The notes below the pieces were generated by a model. That model did not search any database and was not told the DNA's origin. It saw only the letters and a list, made by a program, of their open reading frames with translations. A stretch of DNA of 64,000 nucleotides from Chitinophagaceae bacterium (lineage in GTDB: Bacteria; Bacteroidota; Bacteroidia; Chitinophagales; Chitinophagaceae). Within the stretch, counting starts at the first letter, position 1. Each line of letters opens with the position of its first letter. The stretch spans positions 92,064 through 156,063 of the forward strand of contig SCVJ01000022.1 of assembly GCA_004322425.1 (NCBI GenBank), read 5' to 3'. Shown one piece after another: positions 25,955-36,347 of the stretch. The position numbers and the translations under genes are program-made.

Positions 25955-27724
25955 TTAATATTCCAAATCCAATCGTAATCGCTCCTTCAATTCTTTTACA
26001 AGTGGATATTCTTCAATTATTTTTTGATATTGGTCTCGAGCACTGAGTGGAATATCGCCAAGAAGTTTTTCTTCTTTATTTTCTTCCATTACAATAAAAA
26101 ACTGCAATAAGCTATTATTCAGTTTCTCTCTCAAAAACTGAGAAACTTTCGTTCCGCTTTGTTCAATAAATCGGAACTGAATTTTGTTGGTAACCAATGC
26201 AATAAAATTATTGTCGTCTTGAATGCGCAGTTCTGTCATTTCAAAATTTGTAGCAGCGGGATCTTTTTCTTTTCGCAACTGAGTTATGTATTCATTCCAA
26301 GCTTGCTGTAAAGATTCTTGATTCAGTGGTTGGGTTGTGTTGAAATTTCCGTTTGTTCCATTTCCTTTTACTTGACGCCGAATATTTGCAAGTGCAGAAA
26401 GTTTTGTGCCTTTCTGTTTTTCATCTTTAGTAATGAGGTTTTGTTTTGGAGGTTCGTTTACAATATTAGATGCTGGAGTTTCTACAAGTAATGAAGCTTC
26501 TGTTGGCTTCAGTTCTATTGTTTTATGATTATTGCTTTCAAATGGAATTATTTCTCGATAATTGACCGGCTTGATTCCGTCAATCATTTTTTTTTTAATT
26601 ACAACATTTGTATCAGTACTCAGTTCAATGGCTTGTTGTAAATAACATAGTTTAATAAAAGCCAATTCTACATGCAGACGTTTATTGCGTGCTGCTTTAT
26701 AATTGATTTCAGCTTCATGCAATATATTGAGGCTACTAATTAAAAATTCTGGCGAAACTGTTTTTGCGGTTTGACGGTATTGCTCTTTAAAGTTTTCAGT
26801 AACATCTAATAAAACTGCTGCTCTTTCATCCTGACAAACTAATAGATTTCTGATAAACTCTGAGAATCCATTTAATAAAATATCGCTTTCAAATCCTTTA
26901 CTATTAACGTCATCGTACAATAAAAGTGTGTCGGAAAGATTTTGCGTGCGCAAGCAGTTCAACAATTTGAAATAATAATCGGCATCCAAAATATTTAAAT
27001 GTTCAACAACATTGGCATACGTAAGTTCGCCATTGGAGAAACTAACCAACTTGTCTAAAATACTGAGTGAATCACGCATACAGCCTTCACTTTTTTGAGC
27101 AATAATTTGAAGGGCAGCTTTTTCATTTTTAATAGTTTCTTTACTACAAATATTTTCCAAATGTTCAACTGTATCTTTCTGTGTAATTCGTTTAAAATCA
27201 AAAATCTGACAACGACTTAAAATGGTGGGTATAATTTTATATTTCTCAGTTGTTGCTAAAATAAAAATAGCATAGGAGGGAGGCTCCTCCAGTGTTTTCA
27301 AAAATGCATTGAACGCCGAAGTACTCAACATGTGTACTTCATCAATAATATAAACTTTATAGTTACCTGCTTGCGGTGCAAATCGAACTTGATCTACCAG
27401 CGAACGAATATCTTCCACTGAATTATTGGAAGCAGCATCCAATTCGTGCATGTTGAGAGAAGTTCCTTCGTCAAAGGAAATGCAGGATCGACAGGTATTA
27501 CAAGCTTCGCCATCTTTTGTTTGATTTTCGCAATTGATGGTTTTGGCTAGAATTCTGGCGCAAGTAGTTTTACCAACACCACGAGGACCGCAAAATAAAA
27601 AAGCATGAGCTAGCTGATTTGATTTAATTGCATTTTTCAGCGTTGTTGTGATATGGGATTGCCCTACAACAGTATCGAACAATTGCGGACGATATTTTCG
27701 AGCTGAAACAATAAATTTTTGCAT
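25955..27724 (-). CDS. dnaX: DNA polymerase III subunit gamma/tau
   Basis: 589 aa. Has GPRGVGKTT, a zinc module CxxCxxC, DEVHMLS and SRCQ.F.F, followed by a non-conserved C-terminal region. Confidence 0.93.
   Translation of the reverse strand: MQKFIVSARKYRPQLFDTVVGQSHITTTLKNAIKSNQLAHAFLFCGPRGVGKTTCARILAKTINCENQTKDGEACNTCRSCISFDEGTSLNMHELDAASNNSVEDIRSLVDQVRFAPQAGNYKVYIIDEVHMLSTSAFNAFLKTLEEPPSYAIFILATTEKYKIIPTILSRCQIFDFKRITQKDTVEHLENICSKETIKNEKAALQIIAQKSEGCMRDSLSILDKLVSFSNGELTYANVVEHLNILDADYYFKLLNCLRTQNLSDTLLLYDDVNSKGFESDILLNGFSEFIRNLLVCQDERAAVLLDVTENFKEQYRQTAKTVSPEFLISSLNILHEAEINYKAARNKRLHVELAFIKLCYLQQAIELSTDTNVVIKKKMIDGIKPVNYREIIPFESNNHKTIELKPTEASLLVETPASNIVNEPPKQNLITKDEKQKGTKLSALANIRRQVKGNGTNGNFNTTQPLNQESLQQAWNEYITQLRKEKDPAATNFEMTELRIQDDNNFIALVTNKIQFRFIEQSGTKVSQFLREKLNNSLLQFFIVMEENKEEKLLGDIPLSARDQYQKIIEEYPLVKELKERLRLDLEY
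26561..26596 (-). other. candidate recoding/slippage cassette in dnaX: A10 run, stops in both alternative frames, downstream hairpin
   Basis: Minus strand reads ATT AAA AAA AAA ATG ATT GAC GG AATCAAG CC GGTCAAT. The +1 frame hits TGA immediately; the -1 frame reads AAT GAT TGA. See finding. Confidence 0.35.
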
Positions 27725-27839
27725 ACGAAATAAAAATGAACACCGATATTAACGATCAAGACTTTGCAATAATAAGTAGTTTTTGGTGTTGTTAGTTTTG
27801 TTTTTGCGCACAAAAAAAATTTCGAATCTCAGCAGCAAC

Positions 27840-29012
27840 TTAATTTATCAAGGGATGCCTTTTGAATTCTTTGGTACGGTCAAATAAATACCGATAGGTA
27901 ACTAATCTTCTGTTTTGTTTAGCGCCCAAATTTTTTGAAATATTTAGCATCTTCGGATTAAAATCTCCTTGCCATTGCATTTCGAAGCTCTCATACTTAG
28001 TTTTTTCAATCAACACTTTCTCGGCTTCCGCCAGCATAAAATAATCGACACCGGATCCTTGAAATTCTGGAATCAACCCATAAATAATACCCACCAATCG
28101 GGTACAACTTTTTGTTTTTTTAAGGAAAAGAAATTTCAATTTTGCCCACCAGTTAAACTTGCCATCAAGAAATTTAAAAATTTGGTTTAAATCAGGAAGG
28201 CTGATAAATAATGCAATGGGCTCATTTTTATGATATGCAAAAAAAATGGCATTTTCATCCATCACAGGTTTCATGGTAGTAAAAAGTTTTAACGCATCTT
28301 CCGTTTTCATTTCTTTATTTCCTTCATGAATAGCCCATGCTTTATTGTAAATAGAAGTAAAGTCGGATGCAAATTTTTCCAACTTGTTTTTATCTATAGC
28401 AGCTGTTTTATAATCTGGATTCAAGGCAAATTTTTTATGTGCTTGATAAAGCCGGGGAGCTAGTTGTCCGCTTTTTTTAGGTAAACCTATTTTCCAACAA
28501 ATTTGATTATAAAAAACTTGAAAGCCATATGTTTCAAATAAATTTTGGTAATAGGTGGGATTATAATTCATTCCATAAAGAGGAGGTTCAAAACCATCTA
28601 TCAAAAGTCCCCACCAGCGATCGCGTTCTCCAAAATTTATTGGACCATCCATTGCTTGAACCTTTTGTTGTAACAACCACTTCTTGGCAGCATCAAACAG
28701 TAGGTTGGCGGTAGCTTGATTATTGATGCAATCGAAAAAACCGATGCCACCTACGGCAAATTCATCACCTTTATTTTTATATTTAGGTTGTACAAAAGCG
28801 GCAATTCTGCCAATCAGTTCTCCGGTTTCGGTCGTTACAATCCAGCGGATAAGCTTGCCCGATTGAAAAGATTTGTTTTTCTTATTATCAAAAACTGCCC
28901 GAACATCTTTATCCAACGGGCGAATGTAATTGGAATTGTCTTTATTCAATTCCACATTGACTGAGATAAAATCTTTTGCTAAACTAGAGGTTGTAACTTC
29001 GATTAGGTTCAT
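27840..29012 (-). CDS. conserved hypothetical protein, possibly GNAT-fold acyltransferase-like
   Basis: About 390 aa, no signal peptide. The weak GNAT-like assignment is from memory of similarly sized Bacteroidota proteins. Start set to the ATG at 29012 (MNLIEVTT) because a -7 box lies at 29031-29038, inside the longer ORF. Confidence 0.45.
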   Translation of the reverse strand: MNLIEVTTSSLAKDFISVNVELNKDNSNYIRPLDKDVRAVFDNKKNKSFQSGKLIRWIVTTETGELIGRIAAFVQPKYKNKGDEFAVGGIGFFDCINNQATANLLFDAAKKWLLQQKVQAMDGPINFGERDRWWGLLIDGFEPPLYGMNYNPTYYQNLFETYGFQVFYNQICWKIGLPKKSGQLAPRLYQAHKKFALNPDYKTAAIDKNKLEKFASDFTSIYNKAWAIHEGNKEMKTEDALKLFTTMKPVMDENAIFFAYHKNEPIALFISLPDLNQIFKFLDGKFNWWAKLKFLFLKKTKSCTRLVGIIYGLIPEFQGSGVDYFMLAEAEKVLIEKTKYESFEMQWQGDFNPKMLNISKNLGAKQNRRLVTYRYLFDRTKEFKRHPLIN

Positions 29013-29030
29013 AAAAGCTTTGACTATTTG

Positions 29031-29038
29031 CAAAAGTA
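29031..29038 (-). promoter_or_regulatory. -7 box TACTTTTG (minus strand) for the GNAT-like gene
   Basis: Plus strand caaaagta; exact TAnnTTTG 18 nt upstream of the ATG at 29012. Confidence 0.4.
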
Positions 29039-29091
29039 GAGTTTGAACTTTAAAAAGTGGTTTTTGAATTGGCAATTCCTTTTTACACCCT

Positions 29092-29099
29092 TACCTTTG
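29092..29099 (+). promoter_or_regulatory. -7 box TACCTTTG upstream of atpD-atpC
   Basis: Exact TAnnTTTG 34 nt before the atpD ATG. Confidence 0.5.
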
Positions 29100-29124
29100 C
29101 GCCCTCAAATAACCCCTTTTTTAA

Positions 29125-30633
<1,509 letters not shown>

Positions 30634-30650
30634 CATATAGTTTTAAAAAT

Positions 30651-30908
30651 ATGAACTTAGAAATACTTAGTCCGGAAAAAAAACTTTACAGCGGAGACGT
30701 TTACGGAGTACAATTGCCCGGCATTAGCGGAAGTTTTGAAATATTGGAAAAGCACGCTCCACTTGTATCAGCCTTAAAAGCAGGACGATTGAAGGTGTTG
30801 AAAGACAAACAAAATCATATTGCCAATTTTGATATCAAAGGTGGATTTGTTGAAGTGCTTAATAATAAAATAACTGTTTTAGTAGAAGCCGCAGTTGCGG
30901 TTGAATAA
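30651..30908 (+). CDS. atpC: F0F1 ATP synthase epsilon subunit (short, beta-sandwich domain only)
   Basis: 85 aa immediately after atpD. The L.ILSPEK.LY.G.V..V.LPG..G.F.IL..HAPL pattern fits epsilon. Confidence 0.85.
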   Translation: MNLEILSPEKKLYSGDVYGVQLPGISGSFEILEKHAPLVSALKAGRLKVLKDKQNHIANFDIKGGFVEVLNNKITVLVEAAVAVE

Positions 30909-30932
30909 TGAAATCGATGTTAGAAGAAATTG

Positions 30933-30968
30933 AAAGTCCTTTGATAAAATCCAAGGACTTTTTTATTT
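30933..30968 (+). terminator. rho-independent terminator after atpC
   Basis: 9-bp stem AAAGTCCTT / AAGGACTTT with an 11-nt loop, running into a T tract (TTTTTTATTT). It overlaps the stop codon of the convergent yqgE-like gene. Confidence 0.7.
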
Positions 30969-31518
30969 AATTTAATTGCGGGTCTATTGGAAAGTTGATC
31001 AGCATTTCATATTCCCCTCCCAATTCTTTAAGTGCATCTTTCCAAATTTCTTTATCATTTTTTTGAAAAATTAATTTGCGTGTTGCTTGAACTGTTAACC
31101 ATGTTTTTTCATTTAATTCATCAAGCAACTGTCCCGAACTCCATCCACTATAGCCAATATAAAAACGAATTTTGTTGATGTCAATAATTTGTTTTTTAAT
31201 TAATGCAACTAATATTTCAAAATCGCCACCCCAATACACACCGGGAACTACTTGTATTCCTCCGGGAATTTCATCTGGATATTGATGAATAAAATGAATC
31301 GTGTCCATTTGAACAGGCCCTCCGTAATAAATAGGAATGGAATCATCCTCCAATTCGGGCATTAACTTTCCCACCTCTACTTCATACTTTCTATTTAATA
31401 CAAAGCCAATACTTCCTTCATCGTTGTGCTCACATAGAAAAACTACAGTTCTCATAAAATTGGGGTCCTTTAAAAATGGTTCTGAAATGAGTAAAACACC
31501 TTTAGCGGGCTGAATCAT
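30967..31518 (-). CDS. YqgE/AlgH family protein (UPF0301)
   Basis: 183 aa. GVLLISEP.L.DPNF.RTVVFLCEHN.EGS.GFVLN and IGYSGWSSGQL..E family pattern. Confidence 0.85.
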   Translation of the reverse strand: MIQPAKGVLLISEPFLKDPNFMRTVVFLCEHNDEGSIGFVLNRKYEVEVGKLMPELEDDSIPIYYGGPVQMDTIHFIHQYPDEIPGGIQVVPGVYWGGDFEILVALIKKQIIDINKIRFYIGYSGWSSGQLLDELNEKTWLTVQATRKLIFQKNDKEIWKDALKELGGEYEMLINFPIDPQLN

Positions 31519-31647
31519 AAATCTAATTTAAGACTAATAATTTTATTAATCTATCTAAAATAAATCCTAAAGGTTCTATTGTGGCATAAACATCTGTTAA
31601 AAATATAGCGCAAAAAAAGTTGAAGATTTTGAAAGTGAACCAGATAT

Positions 31648-31655
31648 TATCTTTG
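31648..31655 (+). promoter_or_regulatory. -7 box TATCTTTG upstream of the histidine kinase gene
   Basis: Exact TAnnTTTG 35 nt before the GTG start at 31691. Confidence 0.4.
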
Positions 31656-31690
31656 TTCCTATCGACTTAATTTTAAAAGTTCAATTTTAA

Positions 31691-33037
31691 GTGAAGAAAA
31701 TATTTCCGATCATACTTCTGTTAATGACACTTTCCTTAATTGGGATTATTGTAATTCAACTTTCTTGGATTAATAGTATGATTTTGATAAAACAAGAACA
31801 GTTACGCCATCAAGTAGTAGATGCAACTAATAGTGTAGGGAAAGAGTTAAGCGATATAAAGAGTAGCATTGTTTTACAAGGGAAGGGTTGGTTTGGAAAG
31901 CAAGATGAATTTTCGCTCGAAATGTTACGACCTACAACAGTAGCCAGCAGACTTAGTTCGGCTCAGTTGTATGAAAAAATTAAAAAAACATTTAATGCAA
32001 ATGGATTACGAGATGTACATTTTGAATTTGCATTAGCATCTACAACTTCCTGGGATATGGTGGGTTATTGGGAACGTCAGTCGTCCAATTTCTTGGGTTT
32101 GTTTAATGATAGTTTGCATAGCTATTATAGCCAATATCCAATTATTTCTTCTGCCGGAAATATGTCCGAAAGCCTTGCTCCCAATGAATTGCTTGTAATA
32201 GTTGTACAAGAAAGTAAAAACATGGTGTTAAAATCTCTTCGTTGGCAAATTGCTACTGCACTATTGTTTACGCTAATCATTTTTTCAGCTTTTTATCTAA
32301 CTATTAATACGTTGATACGTCAAAAAAAGCTGAGTGAAATAAAAAGCGATTTTATTAATAATATGACGCACGAGTTTAAAACTCCTTTAGCCACCATTTC
32401 ACTTGCAGTAGATGCTATTAAGAATGAAAAGATTGCTGGCAATAAAGAAAAGGTGGAATATTTTGGAAGTATAATAAAAGAAGAAAACCAGCGGATGAAT
32501 CGTCAAGTGGAAGTTATCTTAAAGGCGGCTTTATTGGATAAACAAAAAGTGAATTTAATGCTGCAGCCCATTTTTGTACATCAATTAATACGGGAAGTGG
32601 TTGAAAGTTTTTCATTGCAATTAAAAGAAAAAAATGGGGAAGTGGATTTACAAGTACTAGCAACAAACGATTTGATTGAAGGAGACGAAGTACATTTTAG
32701 AGGAGTCATCAGTAACTTGTTGGATAATGCAATAAAATATTCAAGAGAAAATGTAATTCCCCAAATTACTATTTCCACTAAAAGCAATGGAAGTCACTTG
32801 GATATTTGTTTCAACGACAATGGTATTGGTATGAATCGAGAGACAGTAAAGAAAGTATTTGAAAAATTTTACAGAGCACATACGGGTAATATCCATAATG
32901 TAAAAGGATTTGGGCTGGGATTATCGTATGTGAAAAGTATAGTGGAAGCACATGGCGGGGTAATAAATATAGATAGTGTATTAGGAAAGGGAAGTACTTT
33001 GAGATTAAAAATTCCGTTTAAAAAAGAAAGTGTTTGA
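31691..33037 (+). CDS. sensor histidine kinase (two TM segments, extracytoplasmic domain, HisKA + HATPase_c); no adjacent response regulator
   Basis: H-box MTHEFKTPLATI, N-box LLDNAIKYS, G-boxes DNGIGM and GFGLGLSYV. GTG start as listed. Confidence 0.85.
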   Translation: MKKIFPIILLLMTLSLIGIIVIQLSWINSMILIKQEQLRHQVVDATNSVGKELSDIKSSIVLQGKGWFGKQDEFSLEMLRPTTVASRLSSAQLYEKIKKTFNANGLRDVHFEFALASTTSWDMVGYWERQSSNFLGLFNDSLHSYYSQYPIISSAGNMSESLAPNELLVIVVQESKNMVLKSLRWQIATALLFTLIIFSAFYLTINTLIRQKKLSEIKSDFINNMTHEFKTPLATISLAVDAIKNEKIAGNKEKVEYFGSIIKEENQRMNRQVEVILKAALLDKQKVNLMLQPIFVHQLIREVVESFSLQLKEKNGEVDLQVLATNDLIEGDEVHFRGVISNLLDNAIKYSRENVIPQITISTKSNGSHLDICFNDNGIGMNRETVKKVFEKFYRAHTGNIHNVKGFGLGLSYVKSIVEAHGGVINIDSVLGKGSTLRLKIPFKKESV

Positions 33038-33039
33038 TA

Positions 33040-34272
33040 TCAAGTTATTGTTTCATTGATCCAAATTAAATTTCCATCACCATAACTGAGAAAGCGATAA
33101 TTATGAAGTAAGGCGAACTCATAAACTTTTTTCCAATCATTGCCAATCAAAGATGCAATTAATAGTAATAAAGTTGACTGGGGTTGATGAAAATTTGTGA
33201 CCAAAGCACTCACTATTTTAGGCTTATACCCCGGAGCAACAATAATTTTTGTTTGTGCAATAATGCGGCTGAATCCATTTTCATTCATCCAAAGTAATAG
33301 AGCATTCAATGCTAATTGAGGAGCAATGTTTTCTGTTTCCAAATCATATATTTCCCATTGACTGAGTGATAAGTTTTCAGGTTCTTTATTAATTATTTTT
33401 ACTCCCATCCAATATAAACTTTCAATTGTTCTAAAGGAAGTGGTGCCAACAGCTATGATATTTTTTTTAAGGTGTTTTAATATATTTTCAATTGTTGCTT
33501 TGGATACAATGATATATTCACTATGCATTTCATGCTCTTCCATTCGGTCAGTGGTAACAGGTTTAAAAGTACCAGCACCCACATGGAGCGTTACAAAATC
33601 TTTTGAAATGTTTTTTTGTGTAAAAGATTTAAAAATCGATTCTGTAAAATGTAAGCCTGCTGTTGGTGCTGCAACGGAACCATTATCTCTTGCATAAAAA
33701 GTTTGATAACGATCAGCATCTGTTGACTCTACTTTTCTTTTTAAATAAGGGGGAAGAGGTATTTCGCCGGCCACATGTAGTACTTCAGCAAAACTTAAAT
33801 CCAATTCATCCCAACTTAATAAAACAATAAAGCTTTCTTTCTTTTTTTCTACCAACTGAGCTTTGAGAGTAAATTCTTTTTTTTCAAAAAAAACTTTCTT
33901 CTCGAGTATTTGACCATGTTTCCATTTTGATGCTCCACCAATTAAACAATGCCACAATACATTTTTTTTTTGTTTTAGTGCAAGGGTAATATCAGAATAT
34001 TGTTCGTGAGTATTCAAACAAAAAATTTCAATCATACCACCCGTAGTTTTTTCAAACAATATCCGTGCTTCTACTACTTTGGTATCATTAAAAATTACAA
34101 GTGAATTTTCAGGAATATGGTTAGCAATATTTTGATACAGATCCTTTGAAATAACACCTTGATTATAAATTAATAGCCTGGAGCCATCTCTTTTTTCTAA
34201 TGGAAATTTTGCAATTCGATCTGCTGGGAGACTATAGCTAAAGTCTTTTATGGAAAGGTTTTTTGGATGCAT
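33040..34272 (-). CDS. queA: S-adenosylmethionine:tRNA ribosyltransferase-isomerase
   Basis: FSYSLPADRIAKFPLEKRDGSRLL, PLPPYLKR, APTAGLHFT and VGTTSFRTIES motifs. Start set to the ATG at 34272 (MHPKNLSIKDF); the listed ORF adds 19 poorly fitting codons. Confidence 0.9.
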   Translation of the reverse strand: MHPKNLSIKDFSYSLPADRIAKFPLEKRDGSRLLIYNQGVISKDLYQNIANHIPENSLVIFNDTKVVEARILFEKTTGGMIEIFCLNTHEQYSDITLALKQKKNVLWHCLIGGASKWKHGQILEKKVFFEKKEFTLKAQLVEKKKESFIVLLSWDELDLSFAEVLHVAGEIPLPPYLKRKVESTDADRYQTFYARDNGSVAAPTAGLHFTESIFKSFTQKNISKDFVTLHVGAGTFKPVTTDRMEEHEMHSEYIIVSKATIENILKHLKKNIIAVGTTSFRTIESLYWMGVKIINKEPENLSLSQWEIYDLETENIAPQLALNALLLWMNENGFSRIIAQTKIIVAPGYKPKIVSALVTNFHQPQSTLLLLIASLIGNDWKKVYEFALLHNYRFLSYGDGNLIWINETIT

Positions 34273-34348
34273 TTCGTAGCGACTAACTATCGCAATTTGA
34301 TGAAGTACGAAGATACAATTGCTATTCAATTCAGATCCCTATTAACAC

Positions 34349-34368
34349 TAATCCACAGTAATCCACAT
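34349..34368. repeat. tandem 10-bp direct repeat TAATCCACAG TAATCCACAT in the queA-mraZ intergenic region
   Basis: Read directly. On the minus strand it gives two GTGGATTA units exactly 10 bp apart. Confidence 0.6.
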
Positions 34369-34472
34369 GATTTTTATAATAAAACCACTTAAAATGGATA
34401 GAATTCTTTATGGGCAAAGCTTTCAGACAATTTTTTTATGGGGAAAAATTAATACAGCTAAAATTTGGAATA

Positions 34473-34510
34473 GAAGTGGGAAAAAGTGTTATTTTGTGTG
34501 AATTAGTTGA
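34473..34510 (+). promoter_or_regulatory. candidate MraZ operator: 10-bp-phased direct repeats GAAGTGG / AAAGTGT / TTTGTGT / TTAGTTG
   Basis: GTGG at 34476, GTGT at 34486, GTGT at 34496 and GTTG at 34506. The array ends 22 nt before the mraZ ATG. Confidence 0.45.
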
Positions 34511-34531
34511 AAAATTTACAAACTGTTGATA

Positions 34532-34993
34532 ATGATTAGTTTTTTAGGTGAATATGAGGCCACATTAGATACAAAGGGGAGGTTTCTGCTTCCTGCTGGA
34601 TTAAAAAGGCAATTACCCGAGGGCGAAGAAGTACGGTTTGTAATAAACAGAGGGTTTGAAAAATGCCTGACTTTATATCCAATTAAAACATGGGAACCGC
34701 TATTTGCAGATATCAGCAAGTTGAATGATTTCGATTCGAAAGTAAGAGAGTTTAGGCGGTTTTTTTTAAATGGAGCTACACCTCTTGAACCAGATGTTGC
34801 CGGACGATTATTGATGCCACCGAATTTAAAAGAACATGCCGGTTTACAAAAAGATATAGTTCTAGTTGCGGCGGTTAATAAAATTGAAATATGGGATAGG
34901 AGTAAGTATCATCAGCTCTTTGACACTTTTTCTGCGGATGATTTCAGCAAGTTGGCGAATGAAGTGATGGCGAATGGAAATAAGAAAGAATAA
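34532..34993 (+). CDS. mraZ: division/cell wall cluster transcriptional regulator MraZ
   Basis: MISFLGEYEATLDTKGRFLLPAGLKRQL and a second SpoVT/AbrB-like half with DVAGRLLMPPNLKEHAGL. I prefer the ATG at 34532; the listed start at 34526 is a TTG. Confidence 0.92.
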   Translation: MISFLGEYEATLDTKGRFLLPAGLKRQLPEGEEVRFVINRGFEKCLTLYPIKTWEPLFADISKLNDFDSKVREFRRFFLNGATPLEPDVAGRLLMPPNLKEHAGLQKDIVLVAAVNKIEIWDRSKYHQLFDTFSADDFSKLANEVMANGNKKE

Positions 34994-35068
34994 AGAAGGT
35001 TTAAAAATGAAACGAGAATTTAAACAGTTATCTCATCACACATTTTTAATTCCAATTTATTATTTCTT

Positions 35069-35989
35069 ATGACGGAACAATTATATCATATACCTGTATT
35101 ACTGCAAGAGTTAAAAAAAAGTTTAAATATCCATCCAAATGGTGTTTATGTGGATTGTACTTTTGGTGGTGGTGGACACGCTTCATCAATTTTAGAAGAA
35201 TTAAATACTCAGGGAAAACTAATTGCCTTTGATCAAGATGAAGATGCTGTTAAAAATATTCCCAATGATCCAAGAATAATTTTTATACCTCAAAACTTTC
35301 GTCACCTCCAGCGCTTTCTAAAACTTCAAGGTATTTTAAAAGTAGATGGCATTATAGCCGACCTAGGAGTTAGTAGTTATCAGTTTGATAAAGCCGAGCG
35401 AGGATTTTCTTATCGCTTTAATGCTGAGTTGGATATGCGAATGGATCAGCGCCAAACACTTACTGCTTTTGATATTGTATCAAGTTATTCAGAGGAGCAA
35501 TTGCATTTGATGTTTGAAAAGTATGGAGAAGTTACGAACGCCAAAACATTGGCAAAAACTATAGTTCAAGTTCGTCATGTTTCATCATTGAAAACAATTG
35601 AATCCTTCAAGAATGCACTTCACAGTGTAGTGAAGGGGAATCCCAATAAGTATTTCGCTCAAGTATTTCAGTCTTTGCGTATCGAAGTAAATGACGAGCT
35701 GGGTGCGTTAAAAGAAATGTTGGAGCAAATTCCATCTATCCTAGAACCCGGTGGCAGAGTTGCCATCATTACGTTTCACTCATTAGAAGATCGGTTAGTA
35801 AAAAATTTTTTCCGTCATGGCACATTTGATATGAAGGAAGAAAATCCTTTTACTATGACAGAGAATAAAAATGAGTTGCGTGTAATTACGAAAAAACCAA
35901 TTGAGTCTTTGGAGGAAGAAAGGAAAAAAAATCCGCGGTCAAGAAGTGCAAAATTAAGAGTAGCTGAAAAAATTGCAGATAGTCTTTAA
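35069..35989 (+). CDS. rsmH: 16S rRNA (cytosine1402-N4)-methyltransferase
   Basis: HIPVLLQE, DCTFGGGGH, DLGVSSYQFD and ITFHSLEDR motifs. Confidence 0.95.
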   Translation: MTEQLYHIPVLLQELKKSLNIHPNGVYVDCTFGGGGHASSILEELNTQGKLIAFDQDEDAVKNIPNDPRIIFIPQNFRHLQRFLKLQGILKVDGIIADLGVSSYQFDKAERGFSYRFNAELDMRMDQRQTLTAFDIVSSYSEEQLHLMFEKYGEVTNAKTLAKTIVQVRHVSSLKTIESFKNALHSVVKGNPNKYFAQVFQSLRIEVNDELGALKEMLEQIPSILEPGGRVAIITFHSLEDRLVKNFFRHGTFDMKEENPFTMTENKNELRVITKKPIESLEEERKKNPRSRSAKLRVAEKIADSL

Positions 35990-36012
35990 AAATAAAATGA
36001 AGAAAGTATAAA

Positions 36013-36342
36013 ATGGAATCGGGAAAAAAAATAAGTTGGAAAAACTGGTTGAGCTATCATTCTTTAGTTCATCAGCTTCCATTTTTTTTATTCCTCACAG
36101 GTTTAGCAGTAGTATATATCTATAACGGTCATTATGCCGAGAATGCCATTCGGAATATAAACAAAACTGCAAAAGAGGTTAAAGAATTACAATATGAATA
36201 TAAAATAGTGAAAAGTGAAATGATGTTTCGTAGTAAACAAAGTGAATTAATAAACGCAGTAGGTCCGTTGGGATTAAAGGAGTTGACCGGTGCACCTACT
36301 GTATTAAACATAGAAGCAACTATTCAAAAAGGGAAAGAATAA
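36013..36342 (+). CDS. ftsL: FtsL-like cell division protein
   Basis: 109 aa with a single TM (LPFFLFLTGLAVVYIYNGHYA) followed by a coiled segment. Sits in the canonical position between rsmH and ftsI. Confidence 0.7.
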   Translation: MESGKKISWKNWLSYHSLVHQLPFFLFLTGLAVVYIYNGHYAENAIRNINKTAKEVKELQYEYKIVKSEMMFRSKQSELINAVGPLGLKELTGAPTVLNIEATIQKGKE

Positions 36343-36347
36343 AATTA

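Noticed and set aside
27736-27795. 19-codon plus-strand ORF (MNTDINDQDFAIISSFWCC) in the gap between dnaX and the GNAT-like gene.
   Set aside because: Both flanking genes are on the opposite strand. There is no promoter box and no conservation argument available, so it is expected by chance.
33877-33893. T8-C-A8 perfect palindrome inside queA.
   Set aside because: It cannot form a hairpin because the loop would be 1 nt. It simply encodes FFEKK on the gene strand, so it is compositional.
33962-33971. Second A10 run (plus-strand T10), inside queA (CAA AAA AAA AAT). Considered as a frameshift or phase-variation site.
   Set aside because: It lies in the middle of a single-domain enzyme with no domain boundary and no known shorter isoform, so no biological rationale. 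I kept it as a control showing that Lys-run homopolymers occur by composition in this genome.
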